Shown piece by piece: positions 19,735 to 29,599 of a stretch of 64,000 nucleotides of DNA (position 1 is the first letter of the stretch; every line of letters begins with the position of its first letter). The stretch is taken from NCBI GenBank assembly GCA_965248055.1, contig CBDFIJ010000004.1, positions 1,536,001 through 1,600,000 on the forward strand. Reading direction: 5' to 3'. Both the position numbers and the translations under genes were made by a program. Origin of the DNA: Candidatus Multivoradales bacterium (GTDB lineage Bacteria; Acidobacteriota; Thermoanaerobaculia; Multivoradales; JAHEKO01). The notes below the pieces were generated by a model. The model saw nothing but the letters and a program-made list of their open reading frames with translations. It was not told the DNA's origin and did not search any database.

Positions 19735-20616
19735 TCATCCGCAATTAACGTCTCGGATTGCAGCGTAGCCCTTCTCCAGAAGGATGCATTGTCCGGTGTC
19801 GCTCAAGATCCAGTCGAGATAGGTCTTGATCGCACCCTCAGGCTGTCCAGCGGTATACATCATCAACGGACGAGAGATCGCGTAGGAGCTGTCGGCCGCC
19901 GAATTCACCGCAGGATCGACGCACTCACCGTTCTTACCACTGACGCAAGGCATCTTGATCTCATCGGTTGCGTAGGCCAAACCACTGTAGCCAATGGCAC
20001 AAGGAGTGTTGTGAACGAGGTCGACCACATCCTTGGAACCGTGCATATCTAGCGAGCCGAGTTTGTATTCACTCTCTTTGCCCAGCACCGTTTCCTTGAA
20101 ATAGGCATAGGTGCCGGAGTTGTTTTGCCGACTGGCGCGAATAATTTCATCGCTATCGCAACCTGGAACGGTAACCCCGAGATCAGACCACGATTCGATA
20201 GCTCCATCCTCACCATAGATGCTGGCTAGCTGCTCCAAACTAATGCTCTCGATCGGGTTATCGTGGTGAAGAAATACCGCCAAGGCATCGTAGCCAACGA
20301 TCCACTGCACCGGCTCAACCCCATTGCCACGAGCTGCTTCTAGCTCTTTTTCTTTCATCTTGCGGCTGGCGTTTGCAATATCGACGGTACCGTTGATCAT
20401 TGCCGCAATACCGGTCCCGGAACCTCCGCCCGTCACCGCGATGGCGACGTTGGCGTCCACTTCCTTGTACTCCTCGGCCCAAGCCTGAGCAACATTAACC
20501 AGAGTGTCGGAACCCTTATTTTGGATCACGGTTCGGCCACCGCGACTTCCACCATCGGGCCGTCCACAGGCAGCCAACACCAACAGGCAACTCAATACCA
20601 AAACCTTTTTCTTCAT
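19735..20616 (-). CDS. pstS: Phosphate-binding lipoprotein PstS
   Basis: Lipobox LAAC, KGSDT, GGGSGTG, ASR, NSGTY and SRPL motifs. Confidence 0.95.
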   Translation of the reverse strand: MKKKVLVLSCLLVLAACGRPDGGSRGGRTVIQNKGSDTLVNVAQAWAEEYKEVDANVAIAVTGGGSGTGIAAMINGTVDIANASRKMKEKELEAARGNGVEPVQWIVGYDALAVFLHHDNPIESISLEQLASIYGEDGAIESWSDLGVTVPGCDSDEIIRASRQNNSGTYAYFKETVLGKESEYKLGSLDMHGSKDVVDLVHNTPCAIGYSGLAYATDEIKMPCVSGKNGECVDPAVNSAADSSYAISRPLMMYTAGQPEGAIKTYLDWILSDTGQCILLEKGYAAIRDVNCG

Positions 20617-20672
20617 CGCCAAATTCTCCTCCGGTTGTGCCCGGTACTGATTTCAATAACTCTGTCGCTGGC

Positions 20673-21815
20673 CTAGAAAACAAACTGAAACTGGACGAAC
20701 GCTTCATCCGCGTCAAAACCGGACACCCCGTCTAGATTCTCGCCTATTCGATAAGTCGCCTGTACTTTGACCTTGTGCTTATTCCAAAAGCAATTGACGC
20801 CCACTGACGTCCGGTTCCACTTATCTTGATAGGTGTCAGCGTCGAGACTCTCATACCCAGCAGCCACTTCGACCCGCTCGGGCCTAATCATGTATCCGCC
20901 CTCGAGCGAAAGTTTGCTCAAGTCAGCCGTTCCGTTCCGATATAAGCCGCCAGAAAAGGCCGCATCCACCGTGTCGGCAGTTTGGGACTGCAACTCCAGA
21001 TCACCGGAAAATCCGTTACCGCGAAACCCGGCGCTCAGCTCGAATCCGGTAACGCTGTCGATATCCGCCTTCTTGGCATCGGTGCTCACGCCCGCCGCAG
21101 TTCGAGAGTTGTTGTCGCCATCGTTGGACCAAGAAAACGCAGCAACGCCAAACGTGAACTTGCTCTCACCACCGAAGTCACCCTGGTCTTTCTTGAGCTC
21201 TCCTGCCGGATGGAAGTCGAGCCGACCCGAGGTGAGCCATCCCTGGTTGAAGTCGGTGTCTCGGTTAACCGGAGAGTCGAAATCGAGCTTCTTGGCATCA
21301 GGATCGATAGACGCTTGGCCGACAAAGGCGCCCCAGGTCATTTTCTTGGAATTGGACTTTCCCTCCAATCCCAGCCCCAACGCTCGATCCGGAGAACCGT
21401 AGTTGTGATCTCCAGAAAACGTGCGCTCCACCAACTGCTGACGCTTGGACGAGGTCAAAAACTCGCGCGAGAAATAAGGCTTCATATTGCCAATCTTGAC
21501 CGTCATCTTGTCGGCTTGGTAGCGCATCCAAGCGTCTTTGACCGCAACTTCATTGCCACTCGAAGCTTTCCCTAGATCGAACTGAATCTTCGCATCCCAG
21601 TCCTCGGTGACCGAACCCAGGATGTATGGACGAAGGCGACGAAAGAACAAGTCGTCCTCGCCAGATCCCTCATCGGGGTTCTCAGTGTGGTATTGCAACT
21701 GAAGCCGCCCACCGACTTCAATTTTCTTTGCGCCTTCTTGATAGACGACGATCCCCGCCGCGGTCGGGTCTACCACCGCCAGCAACAGGATCCCCGCTGC
21801 CAAATACATCTTCAT
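20673..21815 (-). CDS. Phosphate/polyphosphate-selective outer membrane porin (OprO/OprP family)
   Basis: Signal peptide, GGRLQ, FRRLR, KDAW, FSRE..TSS and terminal aromatic QFQFVF; first gene of the pst operon. Confidence 0.85.
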   Translation of the reverse strand: MKMYLAAGILLLAVVDPTAAGIVVYQEGAKKIEVGGRLQLQYHTENPDEGSGEDDLFFRRLRPYILGSVTEDWDAKIQFDLGKASSGNEVAVKDAWMRYQADKMTVKIGNMKPYFSREFLTSSKRQQLVERTFSGDHNYGSPDRALGLGLEGKSNSKKMTWGAFVGQASIDPDAKKLDFDSPVNRDTDFNQGWLTSGRLDFHPAGELKKDQGDFGGESKFTFGVAAFSWSNDGDNNSRTAAGVSTDAKKADIDSVTGFELSAGFRGNGFSGDLELQSQTADTVDAAFSGGLYRNGTADLSKLSLEGGYMIRPERVEVAAGYESLDADTYQDKWNRTSVGVNCFWNKHKVKVQATYRIGENLDGVSGFDADEAFVQFQFVF

Positions 21816-21861
21816 GTTGTTGCTCTCCTTCATTTGTTGTCGACAACCTACAGAATCGCAC

Positions 21862-21899
21862 CGACGAACGTTCGACGGAGAAGTGACAAACATGCAACA
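21862..21899 (-). promoter_or_regulatory. Putative Pho-box array (four half-sites at 11-bp period)
   Basis: Minus strand TGTTG, TGTCA, CGTCG, CGTCG at + positions 21895, 21884, 21873, 21862, between the divergent porin-pst operon and ppx. Confidence 0.65.
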
Positions 21900-21933
21900 A
21901 CGCATTCCGGCCAGGCCCGGCTAGAATCCCCGA

Positions 21934-23463
21934 ATGGTAGCTCCAGATATTGAACTCCAGCGCCTCGGGTTCGTCGACATGGGCTCCAATACCGCCCGTT
22001 TGGTGGTCTTTGAGTATCAACCGGGGGTTTGGTTTCAAGTAATCGATTCGATTCGAGAGCCGGTCCGCTTGGCGGAAGGGTTCGCCGAGACCGGAGAACT
22101 GTCCACCAGTGCCATTGATCGCGCGATCGCGGCGCTCAAACTGTTTGCGGATTTTGGCCAAGCGACTCAGTTGCCACCGATTACCGTGTTTTGTACCAGC
22201 GCCGTTCGCGAGGCAAGTAACCGCGAGCAATTCCTATCTCAGGTGGAAGCCTTAGGTCTGCCTTACCAAATCCTGACCGGAAAGGATGAGGCTCAGCGGG
22301 GGTCTTTGGCGGTGGTCAACTCGCTGGATGTGAGTGACGCTTGGGTCATCGACTTGGGCGGCGGCAGCGCTCAACTCTCCCGGGTAAGAGACCGCACCTT
22401 TGTCGAGGGAGATGCCTACCCCTTGGGCGCTGTTCGTACTACCGAGCAGTTTTTCGAGGCGAGCATCAATCCGGCCTCGGTCGCCGATCTCGAACAGTTT
22501 GTCTGCCGTCAATTGGCAACCCAGCTAGCCAAAATCGCTGAGGGTGAGGATCCCATCGCAGTCATGGGTGGATCAATTCGCAGTCTGGCCTTGGCCGCCC
22601 AGGCGACCGAGCGCTATCCATTTCCACTGCTCCACGGCTATTCCTTGAGCCTTGCTCAACTTGAGCAAGTCACCGAGCGCCTGCTCACCAGAACCTTGGC
22701 GCAACGCAAACGCATGGCCGGAATTGTCGCCGACCGCGCAGACATTCTGCCGGCCGCAGCGATCGTCTTTCGCACCATCCTTCGGGAATCGAAGCGGGCA
22801 CACCTTACGATCTCGGGCACCGGCGTGCGCGAAGGGATCTTTTTTACTCGCTTTTTGCCCGAACCTCATCTCTTGCACGCATTGCGCAGCTTCGCTGTCT
22901 CCAACCTACGGCGAGAATCCAGCCCCAGGGGCCACCCGGCACAAGTGCGACGGTTGGCGTTGGCCCTGTTTGACGGATTGCGTCCCCTACACCGGCTCGA
23001 TACCGGCACCAGAGAACTGTTGGCGACAGCCGCCGATTTGCACGATGTTGGAACTCGTATTTCGTTTCACCGTCGACATCGCCACGCCTCCTACCTGGTC
23101 AACGCTGCTCCCCTGCCTGGATTCAGCCACCGGGAACAGGCCTTTATCTCAACCTTAGTTCGCTACCATCGCAGTGGTCGACCCTCGTTTGGAGCATTTC
23201 AACGCTTATTCTCAGCGTCGGATGAACAAGCACTTCTCTATACCGCCACCTGTCTGCGATTGGCGATCCAGTTCGAACGCTCTCGAGCGAGCCGAATCGC
23301 CGATCTTCGCGTCAAGCTCGGGGAGCCGGTCGAGATCGAGGTCTATGCGCTTGCCGAGCCCACAGTAGAACTGTGGGAAGCCGGCAAACACGCCAACCTA
23401 TTTCACACCGCGTTTGGGCATTCGGTCAGGTTTCGCTTCAAGCCACTGAAGGACTCCGCATAG
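21934..23463 (+). CDS. ppx: Exopolyphosphatase Ppx/GppA family with C-terminal HD domain
   Basis: DMGSNTARL, TSAVREASN, DLGGGS, GVREG and LHDVG motifs. Confidence 0.92.
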   Translation: MVAPDIELQRLGFVDMGSNTARLVVFEYQPGVWFQVIDSIREPVRLAEGFAETGELSTSAIDRAIAALKLFADFGQATQLPPITVFCTSAVREASNREQFLSQVEALGLPYQILTGKDEAQRGSLAVVNSLDVSDAWVIDLGGGSAQLSRVRDRTFVEGDAYPLGAVRTTEQFFEASINPASVADLEQFVCRQLATQLAKIAEGEDPIAVMGGSIRSLALAAQATERYPFPLLHGYSLSLAQLEQVTERLLTRTLAQRKRMAGIVADRADILPAAAIVFRTILRESKRAHLTISGTGVREGIFFTRFLPEPHLLHALRSFAVSNLRRESSPRGHPAQVRRLALALFDGLRPLHRLDTGTRELLATAADLHDVGTRISFHRRHRHASYLVNAAPLPGFSHREQAFISTLVRYHRSGRPSFGAFQRLFSASDEQALLYTATCLRLAIQFERSRASRIADLRVKLGEPVEIEVYALAEPTVELWEAGKHANLFHTAFGHSVRFRFKPLKDSA

Positions 23464-23555
23464 AAAAAAACAGGAATGCCGATCTCGGGACAGTCTAAGA
23501 TAGGCACCGAGGCGCCCGATTCGGTCCTTTTGACCGCAATCGGATAAGTCCCGTT

Positions 23556-26177
23556 ATGTCACTTTCTCCCGGACAGATCCTGGGCCACTACCGCATTGTC
23601 GCCAAGCTCGGCGAGGGCGGAATGGGCGAGGTATTTGAAGCCCAAGACCAAGTCTTAGGTCGCCTGGTAGCGCTCAAGACCCTGACCGACGAATCGGCCA
23701 CCAAGTCTTCGCGCTTGGAACGATTCCGCACCGAAGCAAAGGCGATCGCCGCACTCAACCACCCCAACATCGTACATATCTACTCGGTGGAAGAAGTGGA
23801 CGACGTCCACTTTTTGACCATGGAGAAGGTCGACGGCAAGCCGCTCAACCGCGCCACCCCAGAAGGTGGAATGGCCATCCAGCCGTTCTTGGCGATGGCC
23901 ATCAAGTTGGTGAGTGCGGTTTCTGCAGCCCACAAACAAGGGGTCACCCATCGCGACCTGAAGCCAGCCAACATCCTGATCGACGCTGGAGGTCACATTA
24001 AGGTTCTGGACTTCGGCTTGGCCAAGATCGCTCCGCGCGCAAACTCGGTGGATAGCGACGATCAGCACACCGCCATGATGACCCGTGTGGGATCGGTGAT
24101 TGGCTCCGCGCCCTATATGTCGCCTGAACAGGCGCGCGGTGAAGCGATCGATTCGCGAACCGACATCTTTTCGTTGGGGATCGTTCTCTACCAAGCCCTG
24201 ACGGGTATTTCCCCGTTCCATCGCAAATCGTCTGTTGAATCCCAAGTCGCGGTGATCAAAGCAGAGCCGAAACCACTGGCTTCGCTGCGCCCAGAACTTC
24301 CAGAAAGCGTTTCCACGGTTTTGCACCGCGCGATGGCAAAAGAAATCGGTGAACGCTACCAAACGGCTGACGAACTACTGCATGACCTGCAGTTGCTGGA
24401 GGACGAAGTACGCCTGGCCAGTGCCTCTCGTACCGAGCTAGTGAACCTGGCTCTACCTGGTGGCAATTCCCTCGTCGGGCTGGGATCGAAGACCACGATC
24501 AAGAAGCTCGCTTGGCCGGTCGGTGCAATCATCGTGATTTTGGCCGCCTTTCTAGTCTGGACCCAGTTCAACGCCCCAGCGGAATCGTCGATCCAGAACT
24601 CAGTGGCAGTGTTGCCGTTTGACAACCTGACGGGATCTCCAGCCAGTGACTACCTCGGGAAAGGCATTGCCTTTCACCTGATAACTCAGTTGAGCGAACT
24701 GGCCGATCTGCGGGTCGTCGGTAGATCCGAGGCTTGGGACAATCCCGACCTGCCTCGATCTCGCCAAGAGCTGGCGAGGCGACTGGGCGTTGGCCTGTTT
24801 CTAGAGGGAGCAGTTCAACGCGACGGGGACCAGTTGAGCGTCTCTGTACAGATGAGCGACGCACGCACCAACTCTATGGTGTGGGGAGAGACCTTTCATC
24901 AGGCCGATGGCCAACTAATGCAGTTGCAGTCCGATATCTCTCGCCGTGTTACCACCTTTCTCCAAGTGCCACTATCCCGTAGCGAGCGAAGGCGGCTATC
25001 TCGCAACCCTACCCAGTCCTTTCGAGCCTACGACTTCTATCTTCAGGGTCAGGACCATTTGACCAATCGACTCCTGCGGCGCGGACCAGAGCTGGCAGCG
25101 AGCGCCTTCCAACAAGCCATCCGCCTGGACCAAGAATTCGCCCTGGCACACGTAGGTCTAAGCGAGGCACTGTGGCGCCGCTATCGCTTGGAACGCGAAG
25201 ACAGCCTACTCATTGACGCTGAGGAAGAAGCACGTCGAGCGCTCGAGTTCGATCCTCACCTAGCAGCAGCACAGGTTGCCATTGCCCGCCTGCTTCGCGA
25301 GCGCGGTGATATTGGACGGTCGATCGCCGAGTTACAACAAGCGGCCGCTTCGCACCCAAAGCCTGATGAAGCGTACATAGAACTTGGAAACAGCTATCAG
25401 CGTATCGGAGAAGCGGCCTCGGCAGAACAATGGTTTCGCGCGGCAACGGCGTTCGGTACCGAAAACTGGTGGAACTGGAATGCGCTGGGATTTTTTCTAA
25501 GCGATATGGGCAGATATCAGGAGGCCGAAGATGCGTTCAAACGAACCCGCTCGTTAGCTCCAGAAGATCAAAGGTCGTGGGTTTCTACGAACTTAGTAGG
25601 CATACAAATTCTGCAAGGCCGCTATGCTGAAGCGGCAGCAACCTTTGAAGGGAATGCCACGGAGATTGGAAATGCTGCCTTGGCATCTAACCTTGGAACC
25701 GCCTATTTCTTCAACCTTGAATATGATCGAGTCGAGCCACTTTACCTGCGCGCGACTCAACTCTCCCCGAATGATCCTGCCTATCGCGGCAACCTTGGCG
25801 ACCTTTACACCAAAATGGGGCGCACAGTCGAAGCAGAAACTGAGTACAGCCGCGCAGCCCAACTCGCACGAACCGAGGCAACTTCAACAGGAAATGCGTC
25901 AGATGGAATTGCAGCCCGCTACTACGGAGCAAAATCCCATCAATGCGGCGAAGCCATGTCCAACATCGAGAAAATCATGGCAGAAAATGCCGACGATGGT
26001 CATAGCCTAGCTTCCATCCAAGCATTGTGTGGAACACCTCGACAAGCAATTACTGCCGTGAAGGTCGCAATCGACCTCGGATATCCCTCCGAGATGATCT
26101 CTGCAGATCAGGATTTCGATCATCTCAAGAACATTCCAGAATTTGATCTCCTGGTCAAACCTCAGGATAGCGGCTAG
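23556..26177 (+). CDS. Hanks-type Ser/Thr protein kinase with TM, TolB-N-like and TPR domains
   Basis: GEGGMGEV, HRDLKPAN, DFGLAK, YMSPEQ; hydrophobic segment; SVAVLPFDNL; TPR-like repeats. Confidence 0.92.
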   Translation: MSLSPGQILGHYRIVAKLGEGGMGEVFEAQDQVLGRLVALKTLTDESATKSSRLERFRTEAKAIAALNHPNIVHIYSVEEVDDVHFLTMEKVDGKPLNRATPEGGMAIQPFLAMAIKLVSAVSAAHKQGVTHRDLKPANILIDAGGHIKVLDFGLAKIAPRANSVDSDDQHTAMMTRVGSVIGSAPYMSPEQARGEAIDSRTDIFSLGIVLYQALTGISPFHRKSSVESQVAVIKAEPKPLASLRPELPESVSTVLHRAMAKEIGERYQTADELLHDLQLLEDEVRLASASRTELVNLALPGGNSLVGLGSKTTIKKLAWPVGAIIVILAAFLVWTQFNAPAESSIQNSVAVLPFDNLTGSPASDYLGKGIAFHLITQLSELADLRVVGRSEAWDNPDLPRSRQELARRLGVGLFLEGAVQRDGDQLSVSVQMSDARTNSMVWGETFHQADGQLMQLQSDISRRVTTFLQVPLSRSERRRLSRNPTQSFRAYDFYLQGQDHLTNRLLRRGPELAASAFQQAIRLDQEFALAHVGLSEALWRRYRLEREDSLLIDAEEEARRALEFDPHLAAAQVAIARLLRERGDIGRSIAELQQAAASHPKPDEAYIELGNSYQRIGEAASAEQWFRAATAFGTENWWNWNALGFFLSDMGRYQEAEDAFKRTRSLAPEDQRSWVSTNLVGIQILQGRYAEAAATFEGNATEIGNAALASNLGTAYFFNLEYDRVEPLYLRATQLSPNDPAYRGNLGDLYTKMGRTVEAETEYSRAAQLARTEATSTGNASDGIAARYYGAKSHQCGEAMSNIEKIMAENADDGHSLASIQALCGTPRQAITAVKVAIDLGYPSEMISADQDFDHLKNIPEFDLLVKPQDSG

Positions 26178-26204
26178 TCCAAACTAGTCACCGCCCGTAG
26201 CATC

Positions 26205-26750
26205 CTAAGGCCCGCCTAGAATTATGACCTTCGGATCCAAAACGGAGAGCTCTGCTCCCTTTGTCCCGTTTACACATTCATAGACTTTCACGTCGTATTC
26301 CCATTCATATTGCTGGTGGTCCCCAGGCTCACAGTTGGCAGGACCAGCCTTGGTGATCGGAGCACCCTTACAATCGATCGCGTCTGGAGTGTCGAGGTAA
26401 GGATCTCCATTGGCGCACGCACCGTTGCTGCTCTTGGGGGTGATTTCCCAATAGTTATCGTCGTGAGCTGAAGTTCTCCACAGCACAAATTGCGGGCGTC
26501 CACCGGCAACGTTGGTCGGGTAGACATCAGCAGAGTCCGGATCGACGGTAATGACACACGTGCCTGTAGAGCAATCGAGGTCCAAGCAAACCACCACGTC
26601 TTGACCCTGTGGAGCACCACACGCCACGGCGTCCGCTGCCGGCGGCGGTGGAGGTGGCGGCGGCGCAAGAGGTTCTTTCTTCGCACAACCCAACCCTACG
26701 ACCACCAATGTCAAAGCAATTCCAAGCCAACGAGTATTTCCGCGCATCAC
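26205..26750 (-). CDS. Cys-rich lipoprotein of unknown function
   Basis: GGAGG RBS, lipobox GLGC, poly-Pro linker, 8 further Cys, C-terminal YEWEYDVKV..LDPKVII. Confidence 0.75.
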   Translation of the reverse strand: MMRGNTRWLGIALTLVVVGLGCAKKEPLAPPPPPPPPAADAVACGAPQGQDVVVCLDLDCSTGTCVITVDPDSADVYPTNVAGGRPQFVLWRTSAHDDNYWEITPKSSNGACANGDPYLDTPDAIDCKGAPITKAGPANCEPGDHQQYEWEYDVKVYECVNGTKGAELSVLDPKVIILGGP

Positions 26751-26878
26751 CAGCCTCCTTGTAATCGGTGCCTTGGAAACGTCCCTAGCGGCACCCTGCG
26801 TCTCAAGTTGAACTCAGGCTAAGTGTCAACGATCACATTGTCAACTCTCGTCAGCGTGGGTTAGGTGGAACTCAGCAT

Positions 26879-27358
26879 TCACTCGTCCAGTTCGCGAGGT
26901 CGTTGCAGCCACTTCAGGGTTCCCGCCCCAGGCGCAAGTTCACAAGCGGTTAGGCATGCAACGGTGGCGGTTGGGAATCCAGGAGCAGGCTGACCGGTAA
27001 GTAGAGCCACCGTGTCCGAACACCAAGGTTCATGTCCACAGAGCAGAATGGAAGCAGCATCACCACGATAATGCTCTGCCACCTGTAGTACCTCCAGTGG
27101 CCCCGCACCATAGAGGAGCGGGGCCACGCTTTGGGACAATGACCAGCCTGCGGCACCTGCCACCAACTCCAGTGTGGTCTTGGCCCGCAGTGCGGAAGAA
27201 GTGACAAGAACCTCAGGCGCGACGTCATGGTCGAGCAGGAAGCTTCCCATCTTCACAGCAGCACGCCGCCCTCGCTTGGCCAACGGGCGATCGTGGTCCA
27301 ACCGATAGTCAGCGGCCCAATCGGATTTGCCATGGCGTAACAAATAGAGTTTTAGCAC
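26879..27358 (-). CDS. sixA: Phosphohistidine phosphatase SixA family
   Basis: LLRHGKS, RPL, SSALRA and GHEP motifs; start uncertain. Confidence 0.88.
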   Translation of the reverse strand: MLKLYLLRHGKSDWAADYRLDHDRPLAKRGRRAAVKMGSFLLDHDVAPEVLVTSSALRAKTTLELVAGAAGWSLSQSVAPLLYGAGPLEVLQVAEHYRGDAASILLCGHEPWCSDTVALLTGQPAPGFPTATVACLTACELAPGAGTLKWLQRPRELDE

Positions 27359-27439
27359 CCAGGACTCCTGTTTTGCTATGGTTCTTGTTTGCAGTCGGGC
27401 GGACATTTGACGATTATCCGAACGACCGGAGCTCCAAGT

Positions 27440-29599
27440 ATGACAACGTCGCTCGAATCACTAGACAATCCCCTGCAAAGCCCACTCGCTGGCGCCCCCG
27501 GTCAACCGATCGATCTGTCGCAAGCCGATTATTACTTCAACCGCGAACTGAGCTGGCTCGACTTTAACCAAAGGGTTTTGGATCAAGTCGCCGACCGGCG
27601 CCACCCATTGTTGGAGCGCGTGAAGTTTCTGGCGATCTTCCATACCAATTTGGATGAGTTCTTTATGGTGCGGGTCTCCGGACTGCGTCGGCAACTTGCC
27701 GCCGGCGTGGTCGACGCTCCGGCCGATGGATTAAGCGCTGCCGATCAGCTGACCGCGATTCGTAGCGCCGTCTCCGCCCAGCTCGACCGCAGCAGCCGAC
27801 TGTGGAACAACCTACTAGAAGAGTTGGCCACCGAAGGGATCCAAATCGTTGACCACAACGACCTATCGGAGGGGGTACAAAAAGCGCTCAGGGGCCAGTT
27901 CAAGCGTGAGGTGTTTCCGGTCTTGACTCCCTTGGCCGTCGACCCAGGCCACCCTTTTCCGCATATTTCTAATCTATCGATCAACCTCGGTGTTGTGGTC
28001 GAAGATGCGGAAGGTGCGTCTCGCTTCGCCCGCATCAAGGTGCCACAAACCTTGCCGCGATTGGTGCCGGTTCCCAGTGCTGAGGTCGAGGAACAGATGG
28101 AACTCGGGGTGGGCGAGATCGTCGCCGAAAAATTCGTTTGGATGGAGAATCTTATCCGCGCCAACGTCGATCGACTGTTTCCCGGGCTCAAGGTGGCCGA
28201 TTGCTTTCCTTTTCGACTGACTCGGGACGCCGATCAGGAGATCGATGAAGACGAAGGCGGGGATTTGCTTACTGCTATGGCGGAGATCGTTGAACAACGG
28301 CATTTTGGCAGTGCGGTGCGCCTTGAAGTGGTTCCGGAAATTCCCCGAACAGTGCTCCACACCTTAGAGAATCACCTCAACCTAGCTCCGTTTCAAATTT
28401 ACGAGTCTTCTTCACCGCTTGGTCTTTCGAGTTTGTGGCAGATCGCGTCCTTGGACCGCCGCGAGCTACGTGACCCACCTTTTCACCCCAAGGTTCAGCC
28501 TGCGTTGTCCGGCGATGGATCGATTTTTTCGGCAATTCGTGAGCACGGGTCGCTGATGGTGTATCACCCTTACGACAGTTTCTCGTCGGTCGTGCGCCTG
28601 CTCGACGAGGCCGCCGAAGATCCCCAAGTGGTGGCCATCAAACAGACGCTGTATCGCACCGGACAGGACTCTCCGATCGTCGCTGCGTTGATGAAGGCGC
28701 GGCAGAACGGAAAACAGGTGGCCGCCCTGATTGAGCTAAAGGCCCGGTTTGATGAGTCATCCAATATCGGTTGGGCGAAGGCGTTGGAGCAGGCAGGGGT
28801 CCATGTCGTCTACGGATTGGTCGGGCTCAAGACCCACGCCAAGATGAGCCTGGTTGTTCGTCGAGAAGAGGGCAAGGTGCGCCGCTATGTTCACCTGGGA
28901 ACCGGCAACTACAACCCCTCGACCGCCCAGATCTACACCGATCTAGGCTTGATGACTACCGATTCGGCGATCGGCAAGGACGTCTCCGACTTGTTTAACT
29001 CATTGACTGGGTATTCGGCCAAAACCGACTACCGGAAACTCATCGTTGCCCCGCATAGCATGCGCCGGGTACTGATCGAACGCATCGACCGAGAAATCGA
29101 GCACCATCGTGCAGGTAGACCGGCGCAGATCATCTTCAAGATGAACTCGTTGGTCGACCCCAAGTGCATCCGGGCTCTCTATCGAGCTTCGCAGGCGGGA
29201 GTAGAGATCGACCTCTTGGTGCGTGGAATCTGTTGCCTCAAGCCAGGCATTGAAGGAGTCAGCGAGAATATCCGCGTTAGTTCTTTGATTGGCCGCTTTT
29301 TGGAGCACGCCCGGATCTACACCTTCGCCAACGGCGGCGATCCAGACATCTTGATGGGCAGTGCCGATTTAATGCCGCGCAACTTGGACAACCGGGTCGA
29401 AGTTCTGGCACCGGTCGAGTCCGCGTTACTGAAAAAGGCGCTGCTCGATGAGATCCTGGAGCTTCAGCTGACGGATACTGCGAATGGATATCGATTGCTT
29501 TCCGACGGAGAGTATCGATCGCTGACAGTAGAGGGCGATTCGCTCAACAGTCATACGTTCTTGATCGAACGCGGTGGCAATTGGCGCGCAGAAGCTTAA
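27440..29599 (+). CDS. ppk1: Polyphosphate kinase 1
   Basis: NRELSWLDFNQRVL, ELKARFDE, KTHAK, GTGNYN and GSADLMPRNLD motifs. Confidence 0.97.
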   Translation: MTTSLESLDNPLQSPLAGAPGQPIDLSQADYYFNRELSWLDFNQRVLDQVADRRHPLLERVKFLAIFHTNLDEFFMVRVSGLRRQLAAGVVDAPADGLSAADQLTAIRSAVSAQLDRSSRLWNNLLEELATEGIQIVDHNDLSEGVQKALRGQFKREVFPVLTPLAVDPGHPFPHISNLSINLGVVVEDAEGASRFARIKVPQTLPRLVPVPSAEVEEQMELGVGEIVAEKFVWMENLIRANVDRLFPGLKVADCFPFRLTRDADQEIDEDEGGDLLTAMAEIVEQRHFGSAVRLEVVPEIPRTVLHTLENHLNLAPFQIYESSSPLGLSSLWQIASLDRRELRDPPFHPKVQPALSGDGSIFSAIREHGSLMVYHPYDSFSSVVRLLDEAAEDPQVVAIKQTLYRTGQDSPIVAALMKARQNGKQVAALIELKARFDESSNIGWAKALEQAGVHVVYGLVGLKTHAKMSLVVRREEGKVRRYVHLGTGNYNPSTAQIYTDLGLMTTDSAIGKDVSDLFNSLTGYSAKTDYRKLIVAPHSMRRVLIERIDREIEHHRAGRPAQIIFKMNSLVDPKCIRALYRASQAGVEIDLLVRGICCLKPGIEGVSENIRVSSLIGRFLEHARIYTFANGGDPDILMGSADLMPRNLDNRVEVLAPVESALLKKALLDEILELQLTDTANGYRLLSDGEYRSLTVEGDSLNSHTFLIERGGNWRAEA

